DNA of 35,074 bases, taken from NCBI RefSeq assembly GCF_001194135.2, contig NC_068986.1, positions 113,664,923-113,699,996 on the forward strand. The letters are read 5' to 3'. Origin of the DNA: Octopus bimaculoides (lineage: Eukaryota). A program made the translations under genes and the position numbers. The notes beneath the pieces were generated by a model. The model made no database searches. It worked only from the letters and a program-made list of their open reading frames with translations, and was not told the DNA's origin. Each line of letters begins with the position of its first letter. Positions within the stretch are counted from its first letter, which is position 1. This document shows, in pieces, positions 22,181-33,816 of the stretch.

Positions 22181-23020
22181 GCCGCTACATCAACGATTGA
22201 GCGAATATGTATTAATTAAGAAGATTCATCAACGAATATCAATAGACAGACCATTAATTATGATAAATGAAATACAAGTATGCGCTTTAATTAAACATGC
22301 ATGTTCGTTTACCTGCTCTGTTTATTGTTGTGTTTTTGCCCATTTAAAAAAACACACATACACACACACACACAATTCTCTTTTTGTTTTCTCTCAAAAT
22401 TATATTTTTTAGAAATTCTTTCACTTCTTCAACTACAAACATGTTATTTTACCATTCTCCCTCTCCCTTTCTTACTCACTCTCCCCCTATCTTTTTCTCT
22501 CTCCCTCTCTCTCCCTTTCTCTCTCTCTCTCTCGCTTTCAGACTTTTCTGTATAAATCTCTAGAACTCTGTACACCGGTAGTTCTTAACCCTCATGCAGC
22601 TCTCGATCACACTTTTAGCGACCCTCGAGGGTCTTCCCTCTATAAACATAATAATTGACTTGTGATCTACATTTTTTGATGCTCAACACCCTACAAAATA
22701 ATAATCCAGGTTTGGGTCCTGGCCCGGATGTTAAAAAGGCTTTCATCCACTGCCCTACATCCTTCTATCTTGCAAGCTCTTGATTGTATATCAAGTACCA
22801 TAAAGCCAAACGATCCTCAACGCTATGTAGACACTCCCATTGTTTTAAAAAATACTGTTTTTGATGCCCAAACATGTGACTGTATAAAGATTCTCAAAAT
22901 GTGAATTGGATTTAGTGTTAAGACCATCATTCTGATTTGTCTAAAACGTTTATTTCGTAAACATTCGTTATTAGAAACAGAAGCGGTATTAGTTCGAAAG
23001 CAACGATCTGTATATATTTA

Positions 23021-23389
23021 AGGAGCACTCCGTCGGTTACGCTGACTAGGGTTCCAGTTGATCCGATCAACGGAACAGATTACTCATGAAATTAACGTGC
23101 AAGTGGCTGAGCAAACCACAGTCACATATAGCCTTGTCATAGTTCTCGTTGAGATTCAGCATGACACAGAGTGTGACAGAGCTGGCCCTTTGAAATACAG
23201 ATACAACAGAGACAGGAAGAAAGAGTAAGAGAAAACTGTGGTGAAAGAGTACAACAGGGTTCGCTACCACCCTTTGCCGAAGCCTCGTGGAGCTTTTGGT
23301 GTTTTCGTTCAATAAACACTCACAACGCCCGGTCTGGGAATCGAAACCTCGATCCTACGCTGCCCTAACCACAGGGCTAATACACCTCC
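23021..23389 (-). mobile_element. tRNA-derived SINE family B, near full length
   Basis: Colinear with 11154-11492, with a short deletion in the tRNA head. Confidence 0.85.
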
Positions 23390-23439
23390 ACGGAAAACGG
23401 ATACAGCATTTAGAACGCTTTTAATTTTAGACACATTAA

Positions 23440-23551
23440 GGCGTAGAGTTGGCAGAATCGTTAGGCCACCGGACAAAATGATTAGCGGCATTTTGTCTGT
23501 CTTTCTGAGTTCAAATTTCGCTAAAGCTGTCTGAGCCTTTCATCCTTTCGG
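23440..23551 (+). mobile_element. SINE family C, 5' part running into a gap
   Basis: GGCGTAGAGTTGGCAGAATCGTTAG...GAGTTCAAAT...GCCTTTCATCCTTTCGG. Confidence 0.8.
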
Positions 23552-24255
23552 NNNNNNNNNNNNNNNNNNNNNNNNNNNNNNNNNNNNNNNNNNNNNNNNN
23601 NNNNNNNNNNNNNNNNNNNNNNNNNNNNNNNNNNNNNNNNNNNNNNNNNNNNNNNNNNNNNNNNNNNNNNNNNNNNNNNNNNNNNNNNNNNNNNNNNNNN
23701 NNNNNNNNNNNNNNNNNNNNNNNNNNNNNNNNNNNNNNNNNNNNNNNNNNNNNNNNNNNNNNNNNNNNNNNNNNNNNNNNNNNNNNNNNNNNNNNNNNNN
23801 NNNNNNNNNNNNNNNNNNNNNNNNNNNNNNNNNNNNNNNNNNNNNNNNNNNNNNNNNNNNNNNNNNNNNNNNNNNNNNNNNNNNNNNNNNNNNNNNNNNN
23901 NNNNNNNNNNNNNNNNNNNNNNNNNNNNNNNNNNNNNNNNNNNNNNNNNNNNNNNNNNNNNNNNNNNNNNNNNNNNNNNNNNNNNNNNNNNNNNNNNNNN
24001 NNNNNNNNNNNNNNNNNNNNNNNNNNNNNNNNNNNNNNNNNNNNNNNNNNNNNNNNNNNNNNNNNNNNNNNNNNNNNNNNNNNNNNNNNNNNNNNNNNNN
24101 NNNNNNNNNNNNNNNNNNNNNNNNNNNNNNNNNNNNNNNNNNNNNNNNNNNNNNNNNNNNNNNNNNNNNNNNNNNNNNNNNNNNNNNNNNNNNNNNNNNN
24201 NNNNNNNNNNNNNNNNNNNNNNNNNNNNNNNNNNNNNNNNNNNNNNNNNNNNNNN

Positions 24256-24381
24256 GTTACTTGTTATGTTTCTTTTCATTTTCTGGTGGGGAGGCTTTGG
24301 TCTTGTGCAGCAATTAAAAATCCTTCAGTCTCTGCTTTGAGTCCTGAGTTTCTCAACCATTGCTGGGATTTTTCTCTGTTA

Positions 24382-24383
<2 letters not shown>
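24256..24383 (-). mobile_element. R4/Dong-type LINE, 5'-truncated end adjoining (TAA)n
   Basis: Minus-strand frame DNREKSQQWLRNSGLKAETEGFLIAAQDQSLPTRK, homologous to WLQSAGLKAEIKGFVLAAQDQSLL at about 26440-26510. (ATT)n at 24383-24430 directly adjoins it. Confidence 0.85.
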
Positions 24384-24431
<48 letters not shown>

Positions 24432-24529
24432 GTGCTGATGATAGATCCCTGTGGTGTAAAAAGTCTATCTCAGACGGAAAAAAAGTATTCTAGAAACGTG
24501 TATGAGATAAAGATTGAGATTCAGACGAA

Positions 24530-24825
24530 CGTTACTGGCACGTGCCCACCTTCCATGTGACACATACATACGAACGCTATTTGCGCAGTTTCACGTGACA
24601 CCTCCACTACTACACATGATCTGGTGTCACATCCAGAATATGAAAGCTGGAGTTAGTGTGAGAGAAAAAGAGAGAGATCTGCGTCAGCGATTGGTCGATA
24701 TTCTCTTATTGCAGACACCATAGCAATTTGAAATAAAGTGTCTTACATAAGGGCATAACCTGTAGTCCAGTCCACGAATTGAAGCCATGACAATATGATC
24801 AGGAATTGAAAATCCCAACCATTAT
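24530..24825 (-). mobile_element. Degraded tRNA-head SINE (family D)
   Basis: GAAATAAAGTGTCTT...GAATTGAA...CCCAACCA resembles the reverse complement of a tRNA-like head related to family B. The left boundary is uncertain. Confidence 0.45.
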
Positions 24826-25740
24826 CATACGTGTTTGTGTCTGTCTGTTCATATGTGTATGTGTGTGAGTGTGTGTGCCTGTGTCTGTGTGAATTCGTAT
24901 ATTTGTGTGAATGCCTGCGTTATATTTTCTATCCGAGGTTGCTATTTTATCGTTGATAAATATTGATATGATCTACACTTCATAATGAACTATTAGAATT
25001 TTCTGACTACAAAACATTTACATAATTCTATTTCTCATCCCATAATTGTTATATCTATTAATCTATTAGAGTTAATGAGGTAATAGCGTTTTAGTTTCAA
25101 AGTTATATTTTTAGATTTCCCTCTAATTACCCTGAAAGTTATGATGCGGTAAATATACAGACAAATTATCATGGAATATACTATTTAATCCGATAACGAT
25201 TTATATTTAGTTCTCAGACGATTCCAACATATCGGCAAATAATCAAATATTGTTTGATTAATTGAATTTCAAAACTAACATCATGGTTGCTTCCCATGAC
25301 GCCAGATATTTACTGTGAATATTTAGTTTAAACAATATTAATGAGAAGGCAAATTTACTTAAAATTTGACAAATTGAAGGCCTTTTTTTATTGTTTTTTT
25401 TTTTAATTTTGATAAATGTTTCCATTTTGGTATTTTAAAATCGTTTCTCTGAAATTTTATATAAAAAATATTTCCTGAATACACCTACACATATACGTAT
25501 AGGCACACATATGCGCATGCCTACATATTTCTCTGTATTTACACTCACACATAGAAAAGTGACGTACATTGTTGAATGTGAAGAACCATTAGATTACCCT
25601 TGCTGTATTGTCTTGCATCTACTTTAATCCTGATATTATATATTGCTGGTACGAGTTTGTTTTGTCATCGCTGTAGGATACGACAAAATGACTGCTTGTC
25701 AGGTAATCTCGATATAATCAGCAATAACACTTCAAGTTGT

Positions 25741-27190
25741 ATTATTAGTATTATTTTCCGATTAATTGGCACTATATTTCATCTTCCAACCGTGTTTCAA
25801 CCAGAGACCTAAGGCACATATATATTAGATGGAGAGAAACTTCCTGAGATTGTGGGCGGTTGATGTCAACACAATTTTTTGAGTCTCATAGATTGTTGGT
25901 TTCCCAGGGATCTGGTCACAGAATCTGTCACGTTCTTCATCATTCCCAGGGCACCTACAACAACAGAGATGGTTTTGGTTTTTCACTGCCATGACCTAGA
26001 TATTTCAATCTCAAAGTCCTTATATTTTAACAGTTTTTCAAATTCCTTTACTAAGATGTTTTTATCAGTAAGCACTTTCATATCAATTAACAGGCATAAT
26101 GTTTGTCTTGGGTCTTTAATGACTATGTCGGCTCTGTTGGCATTTATTTACCTGTTTGTATGCGTCCCATAATCCTATAGAATGGTAACATTCTCCCCGT
26201 CAGTGACTGACTCTGAATGGTGTTCATACCAGTTCTTAGGGTGCGGATTATCGTAATGACTGCATTTATTCCAGCGCAAATAATGGCCGACTCGATCGTG
26301 CCTGGTTTTATATTCTCTAAGAGCAAGAACTGAGTAATTGACAACAATGTGGTCAATACTCTTAAGTTCATCGTTACAGTGTCAACACTTTGTGTCTACC
26401 TCATTGTATGTAGAATCAGCTTGATAGTTCTGGATGAGGAGACTCTGATCTTGTGCCGCTAGAACAAATCCTTTTATTTCGGCTTTCAAGCCAGCACTCT
26501 GCAGCCACGGATGGGTTCCTTTCATATCTATATCAGCTTCTCCAGCTCGTTTACAGTTTTGCCCATGAAATGGTTTCTCTTGCATCCAGATTTCCTGTTT
26601 GGCTTTTGTTTTAAACTCTTTTATTGCCTTAGTGGGTGCTTTGTCCTCTTTATCATCAACATAATCAAGCAGGTTAACCACTCCTTTGTATTTATCTATA
26701 TTCCCCCTTTGATATTGGACGCAGTTTCTTAGGCAGAACCGTTTAACACGCCAGGCGAAATGCTTAGCCGTATTTCGTCTGCCGCTACGTTCTGAGTTCA
26801 AATTCCGTCGAGGTCGACTTTGCCTTTCATCCTTTCGGGGTCGATTAATGAAATACCAGTTACGCATTGGTGTCGATGTGATTGATTAAAACCTTTGTTT
26901 GTGCTTGTTTGTCCGCTCTATGTTTAGCCCCGTGTGGGTAATAAAGAAATAAGTCTGTTCGTGTTGCCTTGCCAGCCGTATCATCCACTTGGCGTTACTT
27001 TGGACGTACACTTGAAGTCATATCGAGTACATTTCAAACTGGATTAGGCACCTACCACCTTCCTTTCGTGGGAAATGGAGCCTGTGGACGCCTGAGTTTG
27101 GGTAGTGTGTCATGCTTAGTGTTAGCAGTTTCCTGGTCTTTATGTCCATATGCTGGAGTTCACCCAGAATCTAATGTTCTAAGTTGTACT
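25741..27190 (-). mobile_element. R4/Dong-clade LINE remnant (post-RT region, CCHC finger, restriction-like endonuclease, 3' UTR), split by a SINE
   Basis: Minus-strand translation: ELQHMDIKTRKLLT..HYPNSGVHRLHFPRKEGGRCLIQFE..RQHEQ [SINE] ..KPFHGQ..WLQSAGLKAE..AAQDQSLL..DTKC*HCNDELKSIDHIV..RHDRVGHY..WYEH..TIL*D..ANRADIVIKD..LLIDMKV..KYKDFEIEI..VVVGALG..QKIVLTSTAHNLRKFLSI* (stop near 25825). A TAA-rich tail follows at 25741-25755. Confidence 0.92.
26732..26953 (+). mobile_element. SINE family C inserted antisense into the Dong LINE
   Basis: Well-preserved family C body. LINE coding homology resumes on both sides. Confidence 0.9.
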
Positions 27191-27286
27191 CGACTAGCCC
27201 CCTCCCCTCATGTTATAGACTTTGTGCTTATAGTAGAAAAGATTATTATTATTATTTGTGGGCAGTAGACTGGTAAGTTTTAAAAC

Positions 27287-28010
27287 GGATGAGAAGTAGC
27301 AGACTCGTTAGTGCAAAGGACAAAATGTTCAGCGGCATTTCATCTGGCTTTACGATCTGAGTTCAAAGATCGCCGGGGTCATCTTTTACTTTCTTCCTTT
27401 TTGAGATCGATAGAATAAGTACCAGTTGAACACTAGGGTTGATATAATCGACTTAACTCCTACTCTGAAATTGCTGGCCTTGTGTTAAAACTTGAAGCCA
27501 TTGTTATTATTTGTGTGAGCAGAAGGGTGAGTCTTAAGAAGTGGGTGAGCTGGCAGAATCGTTAGTGCATAGGACAAAATGCTACTAAGCATTTTGTCTG
27601 AGCGTTCTGTGTTCAAATTCCGTTGAGGTCAACTTTGCCTTCCACCCTTTCAGATTCGATAAAATAAATACCAGTTGAGCCCTGGAGTCGTAGTAAGAGA
27701 TTGCATGAGAGCGTCATACAAAATGTCCTGCGGTATCTGTTTCTTCTCTCAATGACCTGAGCTCTAATCAAGCCGACGTAAATTTTAGAAAGGAGACTAA
27801 ATGGCAGAACTGTTTAAATGTCAAATGAAATATGTGGTGACATTTCTGCCGGACCTTTAGGCTCTCAGTTCAAAATGTCGTCCTGCTTGACTTTTCCTTT
27901 GATCATTTCGAGTCGATAAAAGAAGTACCAGATGAATACAGGGTTCTATGTAATTGACAGACCCCTTCCTCGGAAATTGTTGGCCTCGTGCCAAAATTTG
28001 AAATCGTTAT
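27287..28010 (+). mobile_element. Array of four same-orientation, mutually diverged SINE family C copies
   Basis: Copies at about 27287-27510, 27541-27690, 27691-27790 (very degraded) and 27792-28010. Each has a GCAGAATCGTTAG-like head and/or GAGTTCAAA and GTCGATAAAATAAGTACCAG-like blocks. Confidence 0.75.
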
Positions 28011-29242
28011 AATATATTACATCAGATTTTATCATATTACATTATATTATTGTATTACGTGCTATATGCGTAGCTGTGCGGTCTGAAGATTGTTTCCCCT
28101 TGCTTCACTGCGCATGACCGAAACAGAAACACTGGGCTTGTTGTTAACCAAAGAGACAACACGGCTAATTATGGCTCTGATGTAATTTTCAGTTTACAAA
28201 GGATAATTAACAACGCAGCTGGAAGGTAGGAGAGATTTTGTTTTTGGGGTACATTGTATTGTTATTCTTTACAAATAGGGTATCTCCGCTGGCCTCGAGG
28301 AATTTTTTCCTCCTTTGGTTGCGTCTTTTTTTTTTTGTTATTGAAGAATTTCGGTGGGCGTTGTCTAGCCGTAAATATTCTTTTTACTCCTGTATTTTTT
28401 GAAGATTGGTTTGGAATTTTTTTTTTTTTTCTGAAAGACTTTTTTGCGTTTAGGCAAACAACTGTTTTTATACCTAAAAATTATTGTGGATTACCTATAT
28501 TGAATTAAATNNNNNNNNNNNNNNNNNNNNNNNNNNNNNNNNNNNNNNNNNNNNNNNNNNNNNNNNNNNNNNNNNNNNNNNNNNNNNNNNNNNNNNNNNN
28601 NNNNNNNNNNNNNNNNNNNNNNNNNNNNNNNNNNNNNNNNNNNNNNNNNNNNNNNNNNNNNNNNNNNNNNNNNNNNNNNNNNNNNNNNNNNNNNNNNNNN
28701 NNNNNNNNNNNNNNNNNNNNNNNNNNNNNNNNNNNNNNNNNNNNNNNNNNNNNNNNNNNNNNNNNNNNNNNNNNNNNNNNNNNNNNNNNNNNNNNNNNNN
28801 NNNNNNNNNNNNNNNNNNNNNNNNNNNNNNNNNNNNNNNNNNNNNNNNNNNNNNNNNNNNNNNNNNNNNNNNNNNNNNNNNNNNNNNNNNNNNNNNNNNN
28901 NNNNNNNNNNNNNNNNNNNNNNNNNNNNNNNNNNNNNNNNNNNNNNNNNNNNNNNNNNNNNNNNNNNNNNNNNNNNNNNNNNNNNNNNNNNNNNNNNNNN
29001 NNNNNNNNNNNNNNNNNNNNNNNNNNNNNNNNNNNNNNNNNNNNNNNNNNNNNNNNNNNNNNNNNNNNNNNNNNNNNNNNNNNNNNNNNNNNNNNNNNNN
29101 NNNNNNNNNNNNNNNNNNNNNNNNNNNNNNNNNNNNNNNNNNNNNNNNNNNNNNNNNNNNNNNNNNNNNNNNNNNNNNNNNNNNNNNNNNNNNNNNNNNN
29201 NNNNNNNNNNNNNNNNNNNNNNNNNNNNNNNNNNNNNNNNNN

Positions 29243-30353
29243 CCCATGAAGAGGCTGGCCCAGCGACCAGCCAGCCCCTGCAGGGGGAGGAAATTTTGTT
29301 CCTCCCCACTTATTGGGGGAAAGGAATCACCAGAGCCTGAGTGTGTGGACTGCCCTCGGGTACCAAGGCTGGGTGGATCTCTGATCGCATCCAGCCGGGC
29401 TTGGGGGACAGTGGGCCCAGGCTCCTGAATGTCAGCATGGGGCCTGCTGTCAAATGGGAAGGGGTTCAAGCTAATTTGACCCTATGGACCCCAGTGGCAG
29501 TAGGAGACATGCTGTTTCCAGACATCTTGAAAATGGCAGGGTCCAGATCCCTGTGATGCTCCCCCAGGTGTCAACAGTGCCTTCATCCTGGCCATATAAG
29601 GAAAAACTGCCCTAAGAGCCATGAAATGGCCCCGGTGCAGGATAAAGAAAGTGTGCCCGTCGCCCCCCCCCCATTGGAGGGGGAGATGGTGAAAGTCGTG
29701 GAGGCAGNNNNNNNNNNCCGTCGCCCCCCCCCCATTGGAGGGGGAGATGGTGAAAGTCGTGGAGGCAGAAGCCTCCACGAATAGAAAAAGAAAGATGAGC
29801 AACAGCAGTTGCTGACCAGTTAAAGAGCAGTCTGCAGGTGAAGAGAATGGCCTCCGGGTGTGCCGGTGGGGGCCCCACCCCCCGCAGACGATAAAAGGAA
29901 AAACAGAAGAAAAAGAAATGGGAGACGGACGGCGGACGTCACTATGCCACCGGTCGAACCCGAGGCCCCTCTGGTGGGTAGTGTGCCACCGGAGCGGGAG
30001 ACTCTCCCAGTGGGAATTGTGCCACTGGCAGAGCAGGTCGTGGTCCCTCCCGGTGACGAGGAAGCAGAGATTATCCTCTGTTACCTCAAGGAAGTGCCCG
30101 TTCAACTTTATTTGGACACGTGTTTCGATCGACAACGGTACGATTCGACCGCTATAGATGATCCAAATTGGCCTCCGCAAGCGTGTGCGGAGGTCTTATA
30201 TGTTAGTGAAGGACATAAAGTTGAAAGAATATACCTGCATTCACCAAATGTCCCACATTAGAAGAGATGCTTTCAAGTAGTGGCGGTGTAGTAAAGATAA
30301 CAGTGTACCCGGACATGACCAATAATCACGAGCTGTGAAAGTGTAATGTTCAA

Positions 30354-30355
<2 letters not shown>
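29243..30355 (+). mobile_element. Non-LTR retrotransposon ORF1/gag-like remnant with one CCHC zinc knuckle and no ORF2
   Basis: GC-rich island. One frame reads HEEAGPATSQPLQGEEILFLPTYWGKGITRA*VCGLPSG...LFPDILKMAGSRSL*CSPR-CQQCLHPGHIRKNC-PKS, an exact CX2CX4HX4C at 29569-29610. A Pro/Lys/Arg-rich linker and a C-terminal ORF ending at 30261 follow. Confidence 0.8.
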
Positions 30356-30408
<53 letters not shown>

Positions 30409-30417
30409 TAAAATGTA

Positions 30418-30545
30418 TAGTTTTAGGGAATATAACCAAGTTTCAAGAACTCATCGATGAAAATCCACTATCACATATAGAAAAATTAATAATTAAAAGC
30501 ACAATAAATGAGTATAATATAAAGTAAAGTAAATATCATAAGATA
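30418..30545 (+). mobile_element. Single-arm copy of the 8892-9131 palindromic element, following (TA)n
   Basis: TAGTTTTAGGGAATATAACCAAGTTTCAAGAACTCATCGATGAAAATCCACTATCACATATAGAAAAATTAATAA aligns to 8892-8970. Confidence 0.85.
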
Positions 30546-31610
30546 AATATAATAAAAAGATTACACGTGTTTCATATATATATGCGCGTTTGCATGTGTA
30601 AGTGTGTGTGTGTATGCATGTATGTATTATGTGTGTGTGTTAGTTTGTGTGTGTCAGTATGCATGCATGTATGTATGTATGTGTGTGTGTGTACACTGAT
30701 CACCTTCACTATATTTAAGCAATTATGTCACTGCGATCTTAGATGCCATTAATTCATTCTTATTTCAAGTGCCTTTAATGTTCATTATGAAAACGGAATC
30801 CATTTTCTTACTGTGTCTATTGTTTGTCTGTTATTTCCAAGATATGATCTCGTCGGCCGAGTATGATCCTGCTCAATTTTAAACTGTTTTATTATCACTA
30901 ATCTCTCAATATGCTCTTCCACGAAATTGTTATTCTGTTAATGTCTGTATTTACGCTGTGGGGCTCTGTCTGATATCTTAAACATTTTTTTACAGATGTG
31001 TTTATTTTCCTTTCTTGATTTATATGTCTTACGTCTTTAAAGTTTCTTTCTTTTCCAAAGATCAATATGCTAACCAATTATACCTTTCTAAGCAGTCACA
31101 ATTGCTTGGGCTTGTGATAAATGTGTCAGCACTTCTAATGAGTCATGTGATAGCTAAACTGTTAAAATTCCTTAAATATAACTTAATTATATTTCATTTA
31201 TTCAAACAAAGCGGGCAGTAAGCAAATGCACATGGTTCGAATGAAATTATGTATAGTGTCTAACAAATTAATATTATTGCCACTCATAGAAACTAGATCC
31301 AAATTTAATGTATTTATAACGAAGCTTGAAATAGAGAAAGAAAAACTAGTTGCCTCTAAGATCATACTAGCGAGGAATAACTTCAAACAAAATACAAAAT
31401 AATTCAGTTTAAATAGTTTAGTCTGTTCTTCATCTTCTATTTTGATTTACAAATTGTACCGTTTGTATATGTGTCTTTCTTCTGAGATTTATACATTTTG
31501 TAGTCTTTGAGATTTTTCAGACCAATTACTAACACTGTGGGAATGGTCTTTCTTCAAAGTCGAAACTATTCTTAAGCTCTGCGGATATGTGAGTTAGTCA
31601 GTGTGCACAT

Positions 31611-31646
<36 letters not shown>

Positions 31647-31837
31647 TTATGACTTGTGAAAATTTGATATAATAATTGCTCCTCCCCTGAACAACAGTGT
31701 TTTCATAAGCGTTCAATTGAATTTTAAACCCACACTGCCGAGATTGCAAATAATTATAATGGTCAAACGTACGTTGAGAAAAAATGGTATCAACTGCGTC
31801 CAGTGTGTATCAGACTTTTGCCTATATAGATGTTTTT

Positions 31838-32050
31838 TTCTTTTGCTCGTTGCGGTCATCAGTCTGCGGCCATGCCGTGGCACTGTCTTGAAGAATTTTA
31901 GTCGAAACAACAGACTCCAGGACTTTTTTATCTTGTTTAAATCAACTACTTTATCGGGCTTTTTTTGCCGCACCGCTAAGATACAGTGACATTAGCACAC
32001 CAACATCGGTTATGAAGCAGAGGTAGAGGGATAAAGCTATACACAAACGT
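31838..32050 (-). mobile_element. SINE family A, degraded 3' half
   Basis: Reverse complement of the family A tail (GCGGCCATGC..TTTTAGTCGAA..CCGCTAAG..CACACCAACATCGGTT). Confidence 0.75.
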
Positions 32051-32080
32051 TCACACACACTGACACACGTATATATGCTT

Positions 32081-32125
<45 letters not shown>

Positions 32126-32631
32126 AGAATAAGGGCAGGGAATCGTCAATTAATAATAGAATTAATAATTAACAATTTTGCCAAGTAGTTCAGTATGAAA
32201 AAACCTTTATCGGTAAAACCATTTATCATCATAAATATATAGGGATTAGCATTGAGTTGATTCTCCAACATACTGAAAATTTAGAAATAGCAGTCAAAGA
32301 ACTACTGATTCTAAACTACAAATTTTACTCTAAATGGATGGCGATATTTATGGCACACATAGAACAATGTGTGCCATAAANNNNNNNNNNNNNNNNNNNN
32401 NNNNNNNNNNNNNNNNNNNNNNNNNNNNNNNNNNNNNNNNNNNNNNNNNNNNNNNNNNNNNNNNNNNNNNNNNNNNNNNNNNNNNNNNNNNNNNNNNNNN
32501 NNNNNNNNNNNNNNNNNNNNNNNNNNNNNNNNNNNNNNNNNNNNNNNNNNNNNNNNNNNNNNNNNNNNNNNNNNNNNNNNNNNNNNNNNNNNNNNNNNNN
32601 NNNNNNNNNNNNNNNNNNNNNNNNNNNNNNN

Positions 32632-32665
<34 letters not shown>

Positions 32666-32672
32666 CCTGATA

Positions 32673-32812
32673 CAGTAATGCCTCGATGTACGAGTTAGTT
32701 CGTTCTCGGAGAATGCTCGTAAAGCGAAGACCCGTAAAAAGAAAGTAAAACTCGCAAAAACACGTACATCAGGGTCTCGTAAAGCTGGTCCACGTAAAGT
32801 GAGGTATCACTG
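32673..32812. mobile_element. 140-bp Tigger/pogo-like MITE
   Basis: TA|CAGTAATGCCTCGATGTACGAG ... CACGTAAAGTGAGGTATCACTG|TA: imperfect TIRs of about 22 bp starting CAGT, with a TA target duplication. Confidence 0.8.
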
Positions 32813-33437
32813 TACATGTTTTTATGATTGAGAAATCTGTTCGTCCTGGATTCATCTTATGAAGAATCTCTGGTATATTTTAGAAATTTTCAGAGTACCG
32901 CCCATCGGTTATATTTGAACTTTGAACAGTTTCGACTCAACTTTCGTTGCATTTTCTTTTGTTTTGTTTTTTTCTTGTTCTTTTTTTTATTTTTATTTTG
33001 GCTTGTAGAGTTTTATGCAAATATATTAAGTTCACCGGTACAACTACAATAAGTCGCAAAACTTCAAAATCTGGCGTCTGGATATATGAATTATTAATTT
33101 CTCATTAGTTCAGTTTCGACGTTTTCTTGTTCACTATTTTTTTTACGAAGTATTCACATCTGCGGGAATGCTGGTCCCTAACAAAGTGTTGGACCTGTGC
33201 ACTGCCCAGTGAAACGAGATCTGACCCACCGTCTTTAGATCTGTTTCTGGCGTGCCTTTAGTATGGCTCTCCGTTGTGGGGACGTCATTCTCAAGGGTCT
33301 CGTGAAATCAACGGACGGTTGTCTATTCCAGATATTTTGAGACAGTTGCTGAGCATTAGTGTTATGGAACGATTGTCATGTTATGTCTCAGTCACATGTT
33401 TGAGACACCATTATCTATTTTCGGAAATATATTTTTT

Positions 33438-33816
33438 TTCTTTTACTTGTTTCAAACATTTGATTGTGGCTATGCTGGTGCACCGCCTTTTGTCGAGAAA
33501 ATCCACCCCAGGCCTTATTCTATCGGGCTCTTATACCGAACCGCTATGTTACGGGGACGTAAACACACCAACATCGGTTATCTAGAGATGTTGGGGACAA
33601 ACACAGACACACTAACATGCACACACACGCACACACACACACACACACACAAATATATATATATATACATGTATACGACGGGCTTCTTTCAGTTTCCATC
33701 TACGAAATCCACTAACAAGTCTTTGGTCGGCCCGAGGCTATTGTAAAGGACACTTGCCCAAGGTGCCACGCAGTGGGACTGCAGACAGCTACTTACCACA
33801 CAGCCACTCCTGCACC
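33438..33816 (-). mobile_element. tRNA-derived SINE family A, near full length
   Basis: Head GGTGCAGGAGTGGCTGTGTGGTAAG on the minus strand, internal microsatellite, A-rich tail, two short deletions. Confidence 0.9.

Noticed and set aside
22572-22800. hAT-like terminus (CCGGTAGTTCTTAACC)
   Set aside because: No matching opposite TIR or 8-bp TSD was found.
28082-28130. CTGAAGA ... GAAA
   Set aside because: The intervening sequence forms no stem II. The 5' part is better explained as a decayed SINE A head.
29658-29767. 50-bp exact direct repeat around a 10-N gap within the ORF1 remnant
   Set aside because: Contig-overlap artefact.
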